Below are positions 8,865 through 17,891 of a stretch of 64,000 bases of DNA, one piece after another. The DNA comes from Limisphaerales bacterium. GTDB lineage: Bacteria > Verrucomicrobiota > Verrucomicrobiia > Limisphaerales > UBA11358. The notes under the pieces were generated by a model. The model had not been told where the DNA came from, made no database searches, and was given only the letters and a program-made list of their open reading frames with translations. The stretch is taken from the NCBI GenBank assembly GCA_052145735.1, contig JBKQOA010000143.1:21916-85915 (forward strand). Reading direction: 5' to 3'. Every line of letters begins with the position of its first letter. The first letter of the stretch is position 1. Made by a program: the position numbers and the translations under genes.

Positions 8865-9800
8865 GTGAAGCGAAACAACCTAATGAGATATGGCCTGCGG
8901 GTGGCCTTGCTGCTGGCGGTTCTGCTGCTGCCACGGCCCGGTCAGGCCCAGGACATTGATCCGCGGCGCTGGAGTCATTTGCCCATCGGCGCCAACTTCG
9001 CCGGCGCGGCCTATGCCTACACCACCGGCGACATCTCCCTGGACCCCGTGCTCCGAATCCAGAACGGCCAGTTCGATGTCCAGACCGTCGCGGTGAAATA
9101 CATCTACAGTTTCGAGCTGCTCGGCAAGTCGGCGCGCGTGGACATCGCCCAGCCCTATCAGTTCGGCCACTGGTCAGGCCTGATCAACGGCGTGCAAGCC
9201 GCGACAAGCCGGGCGGGATTTGCCGACACGTCCGTGCGCTTCGCGGTGAACCTGATCGGGGCACCGCCGCTCAAGGGCAAGGAGTTTGCTGCTTACCAGG
9301 CCACCAACGCGGATCACGAGACGATTGCGGGTGTGGGCCTCGGCCTGCAACTTCCCGACGGCCAGTATTACAGCGACAAACTGATCAACTTGGGCGACAA
9401 CCGGTTCACGTTCCGTCCCCAAATCGGCGCGACGCACAACTGGGGCAAGTGGTCGGCGGAGCTTACCTTTCAGACCTGGTTTTTCACCGACAACGATGAT
9501 TTCTTCAACGGCAATAAACTGGAGCAGGACCCGCTCTACACAACCGATGCGAATCTGATTTACAACTTTCGCCCCGGCGTGTGGGTGGCCGGCAGTTTTG
9601 GCTACAGCGGTGGCGGCAATGCCACCATAAACGGGGTGTCGAAAAACGACAGCGAGAGCAGCGTCGGCTTCGGTTTCAGCGTCGGCCTCCCGATCAGCCG
9701 CGCCGTGGGGGTGAAGCTCTACTACATCGGCACCCGCAGCGAAGTCCACACGGGACAGGACTCGGACACGTTCGCCGCCGCCATCTCCGTGATGTGGTGA
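8865..9800 (+). CDS. Outer-membrane beta-barrel protein (MetA-pathway/phenol-degradation-like family), paralog of 27456..28487
   Basis: The GTG at 8865 aligns with the ATG of the sulfatase at 12089 inside the shared leader and gives signal peptide (M)KRNNLMRYGLRVALLLAVLLLPRPGQAQ. It shows alternating beta-strand patterns and a C-terminal aromatic residue (..AAISVMW). An alternative start is the ATG at 8883. Confidence 0.65.
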   Translation: MKRNNLMRYGLRVALLLAVLLLPRPGQAQDIDPRRWSHLPIGANFAGAAYAYTTGDISLDPVLRIQNGQFDVQTVAVKYIYSFELLGKSARVDIAQPYQFGHWSGLINGVQAATSRAGFADTSVRFAVNLIGAPPLKGKEFAAYQATNADHETIAGVGLGLQLPDGQYYSDKLINLGDNRFTFRPQIGATHNWGKWSAELTFQTWFFTDNDDFFNGNKLEQDPLYTTDANLIYNFRPGVWVAGSFGYSGGGNATINGVSKNDSESSVGFGFSVGLPISRAVGVKLYYIGTRSEVHTGQDSDTFAAAISVMW

Positions 9801-10663
9801 GCTGCCCGCAAGATTTGAACATGAAAATTCCGGCCACTCAACCGATATTTCCTGCCGTCCTCATCTTCCAGCTTGTATTTTTCGATAGTTGTTTCAGAAA
9901 GTGGTTCACGAACCATCTCGTCGTCCCAATTGAAAACGGGGTCGTTGTCCTTTTTGTAAAAAAGAATGTCGTGGTGCGTTCGCTTCCATGTTGTCTTGAT
10001 TGAGCTGCGAGTCGAAAACATCCACACAAGCGAGTTCAAGTGATTGTCAGCGCCGAAGACTTCATCCATCACGCAACGTATCATGTGAACTTTTCGATAA
10101 TCACAATGGAGATAGATACATCCGCCGGGAGCGAGCAATTCTTTTAGCAGTGCCAGGCGCTCAAACATGAATTGCAGAAAATTGTCTTTCGCCCAAATGT
10201 CTGCATACTGAATCTGTTCACCAAGCGCGTATCCTTCCCCAGCAATTTCGTTCTTTCCCGCCGGGCCGCGCAGCGAGACTTTGCGGACATAATCCGCACC
10301 ACTGTCAAACGGCGGGTCAATATAAATCATGTCCACTTCACCTCGAAATCCGTTGGCAAGCAGATGGGCAAGCACTTCCTTGTTGTCGCCGTGAAACAGC
10401 AAACCGCCTTTGCTCGCAAATTCGCCAGCCAGATTGAAATTCTCAACGTGCTGCGCCGGGAACGCCGTGACATGGCGCAACGGACGTTTCCCCACCCAGG
10501 ACAACATCGGTCGCCCCTTCGCGGCGGTAATGTTAACACTTGTTTGCTTTGGCGGCGCGGGCGTCTCGGCGGCGGGCGTTGGCTTGGCTGCGCGCGCTTT
10601 CTTGCCGCTGGCTGATTTTGGTGCGGCGGATTTTTTCACTTTGGTTTTCTTGTTCGTTGGCAT
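9722..10663 (-). pseudogene. Truncated N6/N4 DNA methyltransferase (type III Mod-like); C-terminal catalytic third missing
   Basis: It has LSWVGKRP and DMIYIDPPFDSGADY (DPPF/Y motif). The downstream TQKP and FxGSGT AdoMet motifs are absent. Homology stops near 9806, and the ORF then reads antisense into the 3' end of the barrel gene. The DNA is visibly richer in A+T than its flanks. Confidence 0.7.
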
Positions 10664-10669
10664 GACGGT

Positions 10670-11068
10670 TTAAGCCTCCACAAATTCGCGGGCGATTTCG
10701 GTCTGGTCGTGCGGCACGGTGTTGCCGTCCACGAAAATCATTTGATACTTGAGCCGGTCGGGATTGAGATTTTCCCAATGCCGTAGCGCCATCGCCTTGC
10801 GGCCATTCTCGCCGTTGATGGCGTGGTCGCGGTCGCGCTCGGCTTTGATCTCCACAATCAGGCATTTGCCATCCTTGCGCCGGATGATGAAGTCGGGCGT
10901 GTAACGATGCCACTTGCCGTCCTCGTCCTTGTATTCGACAAAGAAATCCGTCTTGCGCGGGTCGGTGATTGCACCGGTGAAATAGATGTCCTCCACCTTG
11001 GGGGGATCAGGTTTTGCCGGGGATATGGGGAAATCCACGCGCTCCGTGCCAGAAGCGGACGATTTCAA
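10670..11068 (-). CDS. PD-(D/E)xK nuclease-domain fragment, probably the C-terminal remnant of a type III Res-like subunit
   Basis: YTPDFIIRRKDGKCLIVEIKA is a D..(D/E)xK nuclease motif of the kind found at Res C-termini. Its 5' end overlaps the 3' end of the ParE-like gene, so the N-terminal helicase part is missing. Confidence 0.45.
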   Translation of the reverse strand: MKSSASGTERVDFPISPAKPDPPKVEDIYFTGAITDPRKTDFFVEYKDEDGKWHRYTPDFIIRRKDGKCLIVEIKAERDRDHAINGENGRKAMALRHWENLNPDRLKYQMIFVDGNTVPHDQTEIAREFVEA

Positions 11069-11315
11069 GGCTCTGATCGGTATTGTTCATCCGAAAGATG
11101 ATGCGGTAGGAGCGGAAAATAATTTCACGCAACTCCGGCCGCCGGAATTCAGGCACCATGCGGCCGCGTTCCGGAAATGTGTGCAGTGACAACGCAACGT
11201 CAAGCAACTGGTTGCCCAGTTGTTCGGCGGCCACGGGATTGTGGGGCGCAATGTAGGCGACGATGCGCTCCAAATCGCTTAACGCGACGTCGGAGAGGAA
11301 TACTTTGAAATCCAT
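11007..11315 (-). CDS. RelE/ParE-family type II toxin
   Basis: ~100 aa with the typical ParE pattern: N-terminal A..DL..I..YI, and C-terminal IFRSYRIIFR..IVRFWHGAR. Confidence 0.85.
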   Translation of the reverse strand: MDFKVFLSDVALSDLERIVAYIAPHNPVAAEQLGNQLLDVALSLHTFPERGRMVPEFRRPELREIIFRSYRIIFRMNNTDQSLEIVRFWHGARGFPHIPGKT

Positions 11316-11485
11316 TGCGGAATGCGCTTGCGGGCTTCTTCCAAGGGGATGCGCTCGCCGCGATCCAGCCCGGCCAGCCCTTCCTCCACCGCCTGCCGGA
11401 ATTCCAGTTCGTAGATGGCGTCAACGAGTGTGGCATCCGGCGGCAGTTTTTCCGCCACTTCCAGGAGAACTTCTTTCGCGCTCAT
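11279..11485 (-). CDS. Putative antitoxin partner of the ParE-like toxin
   Basis: 68-aa acidic ORF immediately upstream of the toxin and overlapping it by 37 nt, which is the typical TA layout. The family was not firmly recognised. Confidence 0.6.
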   Translation of the reverse strand: MSAKEVLLEVAEKLPPDATLVDAIYELEFRQAVEEGLAGLDRGERIPLEEARKRIPQWISKYSSPTSR

Positions 11486-11653
11486 AGTTTCAATATATAA
11501 TCAATTTCCGCTTTAACCGCCAGTTTGCAACTGTTTTTCGTGACGGACAGCAGCCGAAGCTGCGCGAAATGATTTTGGTTAAATTGGTTTTCTGGTCGTT
11601 TTGGTTTTTTCCGAACCCGGCGAGATTACGCCGAAGGCCAGGAATTGAAAAGA

Positions 11654-11679
11654 GCGAGTTTACTGCGAGTTTACTGCGA
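11654..11679. repeat. Tandem 11-mer GCGAGTTTACT x2 plus a partial copy
   Basis: Read directly from the sequence. It lies in the 600-nt gene-free, repeat-dense region 11486..12088. Confidence 0.8.
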
Positions 11680-11909
11680 CACTCACCCCAAATCCCTCTC
11701 CCCGAACGAGGCGGAGAGGGAGAAAATCAGCGGCAAGTTTTAACAGGAGGAAATCCCGATAAATCGGGACGCTTCTCGCCCGGCAACTGCGACCCGAAAA
11801 GATTTCTCCGTTTTCTCAGCGTGCTCCGGTTCACCTCGGTAGGAATTTTTTGCGCCTTTTGCGCCTTTTTGCGGCTGAGTTTCGGCTCGTGAGGACACTC
11901 GCCCCACCA

Positions 11910-11936
11910 TTCGTGTGATTCGTGTCCTTCGTGGTT
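11910..11936. repeat. Tandem 9-mer TTCGTGNNN x3
   Basis: ttcgtgtga ttcgtgtcc ttcgtggtt, read directly from the sequence. Confidence 0.8.
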
Positions 11937-11961
11937 GAACTTTTCTGTCGCCCCTCTCCAT

Positions 11962-12088
11962 GTGCTCCTGTTTGATTTCAGGTCAGCGATTCAAATATCC
12001 AGATCGTGACTTGCGTCGTTGATTTGCCATTGCTCACGAAAAGTCCGGGGACTACGATGCCACAGCCGATCACCCACAAAGGAAAATT
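11962..12088 (+). promoter_or_regulatory. Conserved 5' leader, copy B (repeat of 8738..8864)
   Basis: Same block as copy A, directly upstream of the sulfatase ATG at 12089. Partial extra copies of its 5' end occur at about 11795..11835. Confidence 0.6.
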
Positions 12089-14770
12089 ATGAAACGAAAC
12101 CACCTGATGCGATACGGCCTGACCGCCACCGTGACCCTGGCGACTTCACTTGCCCCGTCAAGCCGGGCGGAAATCGAAACCACCGGCGTCATCGGTGCGC
12201 CCAATGCCACCACCACCATCAGCGGCAACCAACTGCCGCCGCCCGACCCGGCATTCGGCGGCGTGATTGCAGAGAAAGCCGCCGACTCGAAATCATGGTG
12301 GGCACCGCGCGTCGTGCCGCCCAAGGATGCGCCCAACATTTTGCTCATCATGACGGACGATTGCGGCTTTGGCTCGCCCAGCACGTTCGGCGGAGTGATT
12401 CCGACCCCGGCGCTGGATCGCATCGCGACGAACGGATTGCGCTACACGCAGTTTCATTCCACGTCGCTGTGCTCGCCGACGCGCGCGGCGCTGATCACCG
12501 GGCGCAACCATCACGTCGCCGGCTTCGGCATCGTGGGCGAGGCAGCCACGGGTTTTCCCGGATACGACTCAGTCATCCGCAGGGAGTGCGGGACGGTCGG
12601 TGAAATTCTGAAGGAGAACGGCTACGCGACGGCATGGTTCGGCAAGGACCACAACACGCCCTTTTATCAGGCGAGCCAGGCTGGGCCGTTCGACCAGTGG
12701 CCGACCGGGCTGGGCTTTGACTACTTTTACGGGTTCATCGGCGGCGACACCAGCCAGTGGGAACCAGGCAACTTGTTCCGCAACACCACCCCGATCCATC
12801 CGTATCTCGGCCAGGAGGGGAAATGGAACCTCACCACCGCGATGGCCGATGACGCGATCCAGTATATGAGGCAGCTCAAGGAGATCGCGCCGGGCAAACC
12901 GTTCTTTGTCTATTACGTTCCCGGCGGCGTCCATGCGCCGCATCATCCGACCAAGGAGTGGATTGACAAAATCAGCGCCATGCATCTGTTCGACGGCGGC
13001 TGGGACAAATTGCGCGAGACCATCTTTGCCAACCAGAAGCGGCTGGGTTTGCTGCCGGCAAACGCGGAACTCACACCGTGGCCGAAGGAATTGCAGCACT
13101 GGGACCAACTGTCCAGTCTTGAGAAAACGATGTTCATCAAGCAAGCCGATGTGTTCGGCGCGTATCTCGCCTACACCGATTACGAAATTGGCCGGGTGAT
13201 TCAGGAGGTCCAGGACGAGGGCAAATGGGACAACACGCTCATCATTTACATCAGCGGCGACAATGGGGCCAGCGCCGAGGGCATGACGAACGGAACGCCG
13301 AACGAATTCACGACCTTCAACGGGGTCTCAGTGCCGGTCAAGGCCCAGTTCCTGTTCTATAACGTTTTGGGATCCGACCTGACTTACCCGTTGTATGCCG
13401 CGGGCTGGGCGTGGGCGTTTGACACGCCTTTCAAGTGGGTCAAGCAGGTGGCCTCGCATTTCGGCGGCACTCGGCAGGGCATGTGCATGTCCTGGCCCGG
13501 CCACATCACCGACCTGGGCGGCATCCGCACGCAGTTCCATCACGTCATTGACATCGCGCCGACCCTTCTGGACGTGACCGGCATCCCCTTGCCGGACACC
13601 ATCAACGGCATCAAGCAGCGGCCCATGGACGGCGTGAGCCTGACCTACACCTGGCCCAAGGAAAATGCCGACCTGCCCTCCAAGCGGACGACTCAGTATT
13701 TTGAGATGCTCGGCAACCGCGCCGTTTATCATGACGGCTGGGTGGCGGCCACCACGCCCGTGAACTTGCCGTGGGAATTGAGCACCAAGACGCCGCCGGA
13801 TGTCCTCACCGGTTACAACTGGGAACTTTATTGCATCTCAAATGACTTCACCGAGGACCACGATCTGGCCACCGCGATGCCCGACAAGCTCAAGGAAATG
13901 CAGAAGCTCTTCTACCAGGAGGCCGCGAATTTCGGTGTGCTGCCGCTGGACAATTCGACACTCGCCCGGTTTATAACGCCGCGTCCGAGCGCGACGGCGG
14001 GTAAAACCAACTTCACCTACTCGGGCGAATTGAGCGGTGTGCCGGACTCCTGCGCGCCGGACATCCTGGACCGCTCCTACTCCATCACGGCGGCAGTCAC
14101 CATTCCTCGAGGCGGCGCGGAGGGCATGATTGTCACTGAAGGCGGACGGTTTGGCGGCTACGGCCTGTTCCTGAGCCAGAGCTACAACTACTGGTTCCGA
14201 AGTCAGGGGTTCAGGATTGCCGGCTGGGGACTGCTCGTCGCCGGATTCCTTCTGATCTTGGCCAGCCGGAGCTGGAAGTGGTCGCGCTGGAAACTGCGCC
14301 TTGGCCAGGGGATGCTGACGCTCGGCTTGCTCTGGGCGGTCGCTGTGATGGCCACGGGTGTTCTGGACCTGGGCAAAGGCAGAGTGGTGTTTCTCTACAA
14401 TCTGCTGGGTCTCGATCGGACGGCATGGACCGGGCCGGCGCTGAAGGCCGGCACGCACACCATCGCGTTCGACTTCAAATTTGACGGCCCGGGCCTGGGC
14501 AAAGGCGGCACCGGCCGGTTGATCGTGGATGGTGAAACCGTGGCTACGAAATCACTGGAACACACAACGCCCATCATGTTCCCGGAGGACGAGACCTTTG
14601 ATGTGGGGCTGGACAACGGCACGCCGGTTTCCCTCCTCAGATATCCCTACAACTGTCCGTTCAAGTTCACCGGGACGATTGACAAGCTGACATTTGATCT
14701 CGGCCCGAAGCAGTTGGGCTTGGGGGATCAGGAGAAAGCCACCGAAATCGGCTCCGACGTGAACAACTAA
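12089..14770 (+). CDS. Arylsulfatase, long form (Cys-type), with a 67-aa hydrophobic insertion in the C-terminal domain
   Basis: NILLIMTDDCGFG and CSPTRAALITGRNHH. It is collinear with 5418..7946 except for the extra segment 14174..14374, which encodes two TM-like helices. Confidence 0.9.
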   Translation: MKRNHLMRYGLTATVTLATSLAPSSRAEIETTGVIGAPNATTTISGNQLPPPDPAFGGVIAEKAADSKSWWAPRVVPPKDAPNILLIMTDDCGFGSPSTFGGVIPTPALDRIATNGLRYTQFHSTSLCSPTRAALITGRNHHVAGFGIVGEAATGFPGYDSVIRRECGTVGEILKENGYATAWFGKDHNTPFYQASQAGPFDQWPTGLGFDYFYGFIGGDTSQWEPGNLFRNTTPIHPYLGQEGKWNLTTAMADDAIQYMRQLKEIAPGKPFFVYYVPGGVHAPHHPTKEWIDKISAMHLFDGGWDKLRETIFANQKRLGLLPANAELTPWPKELQHWDQLSSLEKTMFIKQADVFGAYLAYTDYEIGRVIQEVQDEGKWDNTLIIYISGDNGASAEGMTNGTPNEFTTFNGVSVPVKAQFLFYNVLGSDLTYPLYAAGWAWAFDTPFKWVKQVASHFGGTRQGMCMSWPGHITDLGGIRTQFHHVIDIAPTLLDVTGIPLPDTINGIKQRPMDGVSLTYTWPKENADLPSKRTTQYFEMLGNRAVYHDGWVAATTPVNLPWELSTKTPPDVLTGYNWELYCISNDFTEDHDLATAMPDKLKEMQKLFYQEAANFGVLPLDNSTLARFITPRPSATAGKTNFTYSGELSGVPDSCAPDILDRSYSITAAVTIPRGGAEGMIVTEGGRFGGYGLFLSQSYNYWFRSQGFRIAGWGLLVAGFLLILASRSWKWSRWKLRLGQGMLTLGLLWAVAVMATGVLDLGKGRVVFLYNLLGLDRTAWTGPALKAGTHTIAFDFKFDGPGLGKGGTGRLIVDGETVATKSLEHTTPIMFPEDETFDVGLDNGTPVSLLRYPYNCPFKFTGTIDKLTFDLGPKQLGLGDQEKATEIGSDVNN

Positions 14771-14787
14771 AATCCAGCGAGCCTGCG

Positions 14788-15165
14788 ATGAAAAAACTGC
14801 TCATTTTCACCGGCGCGGCCGAAGCCGCCACGGGCGTGGCGTTGATGGTCGTCCCCGCCCTGGTCGGGCGACTGCTGCTGGGCGCGGAGCTGGCCGGGGT
14901 TGCCGTCGTGGTGGCCCGCGTGGCGGGCATCGCGTTGCTCGCCCTGGGCATTGGCTGTTGGCCGGGACCGGCATCGCTCGGCATGCTGACCTACAACGCG
15001 CTCGCCACGGTGTATTTTGCCTGGCTCGCTCTCGGCCGCGAATGGGTCGGGCCGCTGTTGTGGCCGGCCGCCGGGTTGCACGCCGTCCTTGCGATCCTTC
15101 TCGGCCGCGCCTGGCTCAGGAGCCTCAAGACGGGCGGGCGGAACAACCAGACCGGTGAACAATGA
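14788..15165 (+). CDS. Small integral membrane protein (about 4 TM helices), unknown function
   Basis: Four hydrophobic stretches. It starts 18 nt after the sulfatase stop on the same strand. Confidence 0.55.
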   Translation: MKKLLIFTGAAEAATGVALMVVPALVGRLLLGAELAGVAVVVARVAGIALLALGIGCWPGPASLGMLTYNALATVYFAWLALGREWVGPLLWPAAGLHAVLAILLGRAWLRSLKTGGRNNQTGEQ

Positions 15166-15269
15166 AGTGAACAACCAATGATTCGCCTGTGAGCCACGCG
15201 GTCTGCTACCGTTCCTTCCGGTGCGGCCCGCGAATTCACGCACGAAACCTGAAACTGGAGAAACAAACC

Positions 15270-16010
15270 ATGAAAACACAAACTATGAAAATATTATGCA
15301 GCTTGATATTAACGCCTCTCGCCCCGTGTCTGTTGGTGGTATTATTCGCCAGCGGCTGCGCTTCGACCCAGGTCAGCAACCAGCAGCAAATCGTGACCGG
15401 TCAACTTCCGAAGCCCGGCAACATCTGGGTGTACGACTTCGCCGCCACCGCCGCCGGTGTGCCCGCGGAGTCCGCGCTGGCTGGCCAGCCCGACCTGGAC
15501 ACGACGCCCCAGACGCCCGAGCAGATTGCGGAAGGACAGAAATTGGGGGCTGAGATTGCCACGGAGCTGGTCGCCGATATCCGCAAGCTGGGAATGCCCG
15601 CCGATCGGGCCGGGACGGATACGCAACCGCAGATCAATGACCTGGTCATCCGGGGTTACTTCCTTGCCATCCAGAAAGGCAATGAAGCCGAGCGCGTCGC
15701 CATCGGCTTTGGCAAGGGCGAATCCGATTTAAAAACAGCCGTGGAAGGTTTTCAGATGACGGCCACGGGGCTGCGCAAAATCGGTTCCGGCGACCTCAAT
15801 GCCAGCGGCAGCAAATCCCCGGGGGCGTCCCTGGGTGTCGTCGGCCTCATCGCCACCCACAACCCGGCGGGACTCATCATCAGCGGCGGGATGCATGTGT
15901 ATGGCGAGGAAAGCGGCAGCAGCAAGGTCGAGGGCCGGGCCAAGCAGACCGCCCAGGAAATCGCCGCCCAGCTCAAGATCCGGTTCCAGCAACAGGGCTG
16001 GATCAATTAA
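15270..16010 (+). CDS. Lipoprotein, DUF4410-like (paralog 2 of 3)
   Basis: Lipobox FASGCAST. It is highly similar to 17048..17803 (QPQINDLVIRGYF, GFGKGESDLKTAVEGFQMTA, NPAGLIISGGMHVYGEESG). Confidence 0.65.
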   Translation: MKTQTMKILCSLILTPLAPCLLVVLFASGCASTQVSNQQQIVTGQLPKPGNIWVYDFAATAAGVPAESALAGQPDLDTTPQTPEQIAEGQKLGAEIATELVADIRKLGMPADRAGTDTQPQINDLVIRGYFLAIQKGNEAERVAIGFGKGESDLKTAVEGFQMTATGLRKIGSGDLNASGSKSPGASLGVVGLIATHNPAGLIISGGMHVYGEESGSSKVEGRAKQTAQEIAAQLKIRFQQQGWIN

Positions 16011-16019
16011 TGGTGGATT

Positions 16020-16607
16020 ATGCCTATCGAACTCCAAATCATCCGCGCCAGTGAATTCATCCGGTTGGGGGCGCAAGGCCATTTCGACTTGGCGGCCAGC
16101 AAGACGGCGCTGGCGATGATCGCGCGCGCCTGCCGGAAACGCGGAATGCATCAGGCGATGATGGACCTTCGCGCTTTGCGGCCCGGCCTTAAGCCGGTTT
16201 TCAGCCGGGAAGACCTGGTTGAGTTGGTGAACACCTTCTGCAAAACTGATTTCACCCGCGAGCATCGCCTGGCGGTGCTTTACCGAACCGATCCGCATCA
16301 TCGCGCCCGGCTGTTTGCGTTTCTCAGCGTGTTGCAAGGCTGGACCGTCCGGGCCTTCGACGACTTTGAGAAAGCCCTGTCCTGGCTGTCGAGCGGCCCG
16401 GAAGCCGCCCGGCCCACCCGGTCGCCTTCGGAAAAATTGATTTCCGTGCGCACCTCAAAGCCGGAGGCGGATTCAATGGCGCTTCCCATCGCGTTGCACG
16501 AACATCGTAAAAAAGAATCCAGCGGGCGAAAGCGGACGGTTCCGGCCATGCGCCGCGCGGGCTGCCCCGGAGAGCCGCCCGCCCGATCCCCGAGACGATC
16601 AAACTGA
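16020..16607 (+). CDS. Hypothetical cytoplasmic protein (possible STAS-like fold) with an Arg/Pro-rich tail
   Basis: Good-looking N-terminal 130 aa followed by a low-complexity tail. No signal peptide. The fold guess is weak. Confidence 0.45.
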   Translation: MPIELQIIRASEFIRLGAQGHFDLAASKTALAMIARACRKRGMHQAMMDLRALRPGLKPVFSREDLVELVNTFCKTDFTREHRLAVLYRTDPHHRARLFAFLSVLQGWTVRAFDDFEKALSWLSSGPEAARPTRSPSEKLISVRTSKPEADSMALPIALHEHRKKESSGRKRTVPAMRRAGCPGEPPARSPRRSN

Positions 16608-16624
16608 ATCGAAATCAACAAAGC

Positions 16625-17011
16625 ATGAAAACATTCCTTGGCCTGTTCATCGCCGGTGTGCTGCTGGCTTTCGCCACCGGTTGCTCCACCACGAAACAAA
16701 CGCAACAGACGGAAAACCTGTTGCTGGCCTCCGGCTTCAAGCTGGTGGCCGCCGCCACCCCCGCCCAACAGGCACATCTGCAAACCCTGCCGCCGGGGAA
16801 AATCACGGTCACGAAACGCAACGGCAAAATCTGGTACGTTTACCCCGACGCAGCCCGCCGCCAGCTCTATGTCGGCAACCCGGGCCAGTATCAGACCTAC
16901 CGGCAATATCGTCAGAATGAACAGTTGTTGGACGAGCAGCTCGATACAACCTATTTGAAGGAGGATTCGGCGGGCTGGAATTCCTGGGCATTTGGGGATT
17001 TCGGAGAGTGA
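16625..17011 (+). CDS. Small lipoprotein, unknown function
   Basis: MKTFLGLFIAGVLLAFATGC lipoprotein signal. It is wedged between two DUF4410-like genes. Confidence 0.6.
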   Translation: MKTFLGLFIAGVLLAFATGCSTTKQTQQTENLLLASGFKLVAAATPAQQAHLQTLPPGKITVTKRNGKIWYVYPDAARRQLYVGNPGQYQTYRQYRQNEQLLDEQLDTTYLKEDSAGWNSWAFGDFGE

Positions 17012-17047
17012 TTGGGGAAACAAATCATCCGCGCCGGACCGCCGCCC

Positions 17048-17803
17048 ATGAACACAAATCCCCGCAAATTACCGGAAGGTCCCCCGGTTCTTCGGAGAAG
17101 GCTGATGATCCTCGTTCCGTTTCTATTCGCCATGGCTTGGGCCACGGGGTGCGCCTCGACCAAGGTGACCGACCAGGAAACACTCGTCACCGGGTCGCTC
17201 CCGCGGCCGGGCAACATCCTGGTGTATGACTTTGCCGCCACGGCCGCCGATGTTCCGACCAACTCCACCCTGGCCCGCCATTATTCCGTGGTCAACACGC
17301 CCCAAACCGCCGGGCAGATTGCGGCGGGACGGCAGCTGGGCATTGAGATTGCGGCGGAACTGGTCGGGCGCATCCATGGCCTGGGAATGCCAGCCGAGCG
17401 GGTCTGGGCGGGAACGCAACCGCAGATCAACGACATCGTGATCCGGGGTTATCTGATTTCCGTAAACGAAGGCAGCACCACCAAGCGGGTCACCATCGGC
17501 TTTGGCTACGGCGCGTCCGAGTTGCGAACGGCGGTTGAAGCTTACCAGATGACCGCCCAAGGGTTGCGCAAAATCGTATCCGACACATTGGATTCCGGCG
17601 GCAGCAAAACTCCGGGAGCGGCTTTGGGAGTCGCCGCCTTCATGGTCACCGCCAACCCGGCAGGACTCATCATCAGCAGCGGGATGAAAGTGTATGGCGA
17701 GGAAAGCGGCCGCAGCAAAGTTGAAGGCCGGGCCGACGCGACCGCCAAGGAAATTGCCGCCGTGCTCAAGAAGCAATTTCAGGAACAGGGCTGGATAAAA
17801 TGA
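17048..17803 (+). CDS. Lipoprotein, DUF4410-like (paralog 3 of 3)
   Basis: Lipobox AWATGCAST. Paralog of 15270..16010. The start is uncertain (17012, 17048 or the Met at MILVPF). Confidence 0.65.
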   Translation: MNTNPRKLPEGPPVLRRRLMILVPFLFAMAWATGCASTKVTDQETLVTGSLPRPGNILVYDFAATAADVPTNSTLARHYSVVNTPQTAGQIAAGRQLGIEIAAELVGRIHGLGMPAERVWAGTQPQINDIVIRGYLISVNEGSTTKRVTIGFGYGASELRTAVEAYQMTAQGLRKIVSDTLDSGGSKTPGAALGVAAFMVTANPAGLIISSGMKVYGEESGRSKVEGRADATAKEIAAVLKKQFQEQGWIK

Positions 17804-17891
17804 TTGGCATACGCGCCGGCCCGCGAATTTACCACGGTCGAGACCAGGTAGGTTTTAAACATATTGAAACAACAATCCGGAGATCAGAATC

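Noticed and set aside
8796-9800. N-terminal extensions beginning MICHC (also 12019..12603) suggested by the ORF track
   Set aside because: They start at TTG codons inside the conserved non-coding leader. The identical MICHC.. peptide is simply the translation of the repeat. The sulfatase frame at 12089 is a different frame from 12019, which shows the extension is not coding.
11569-11892. 107-aa ORF in the 11.5-12.1 kb spacer
   Set aside because: It is composed entirely of translated tandem and dispersed repeats, with no start context and no recognisable domain.
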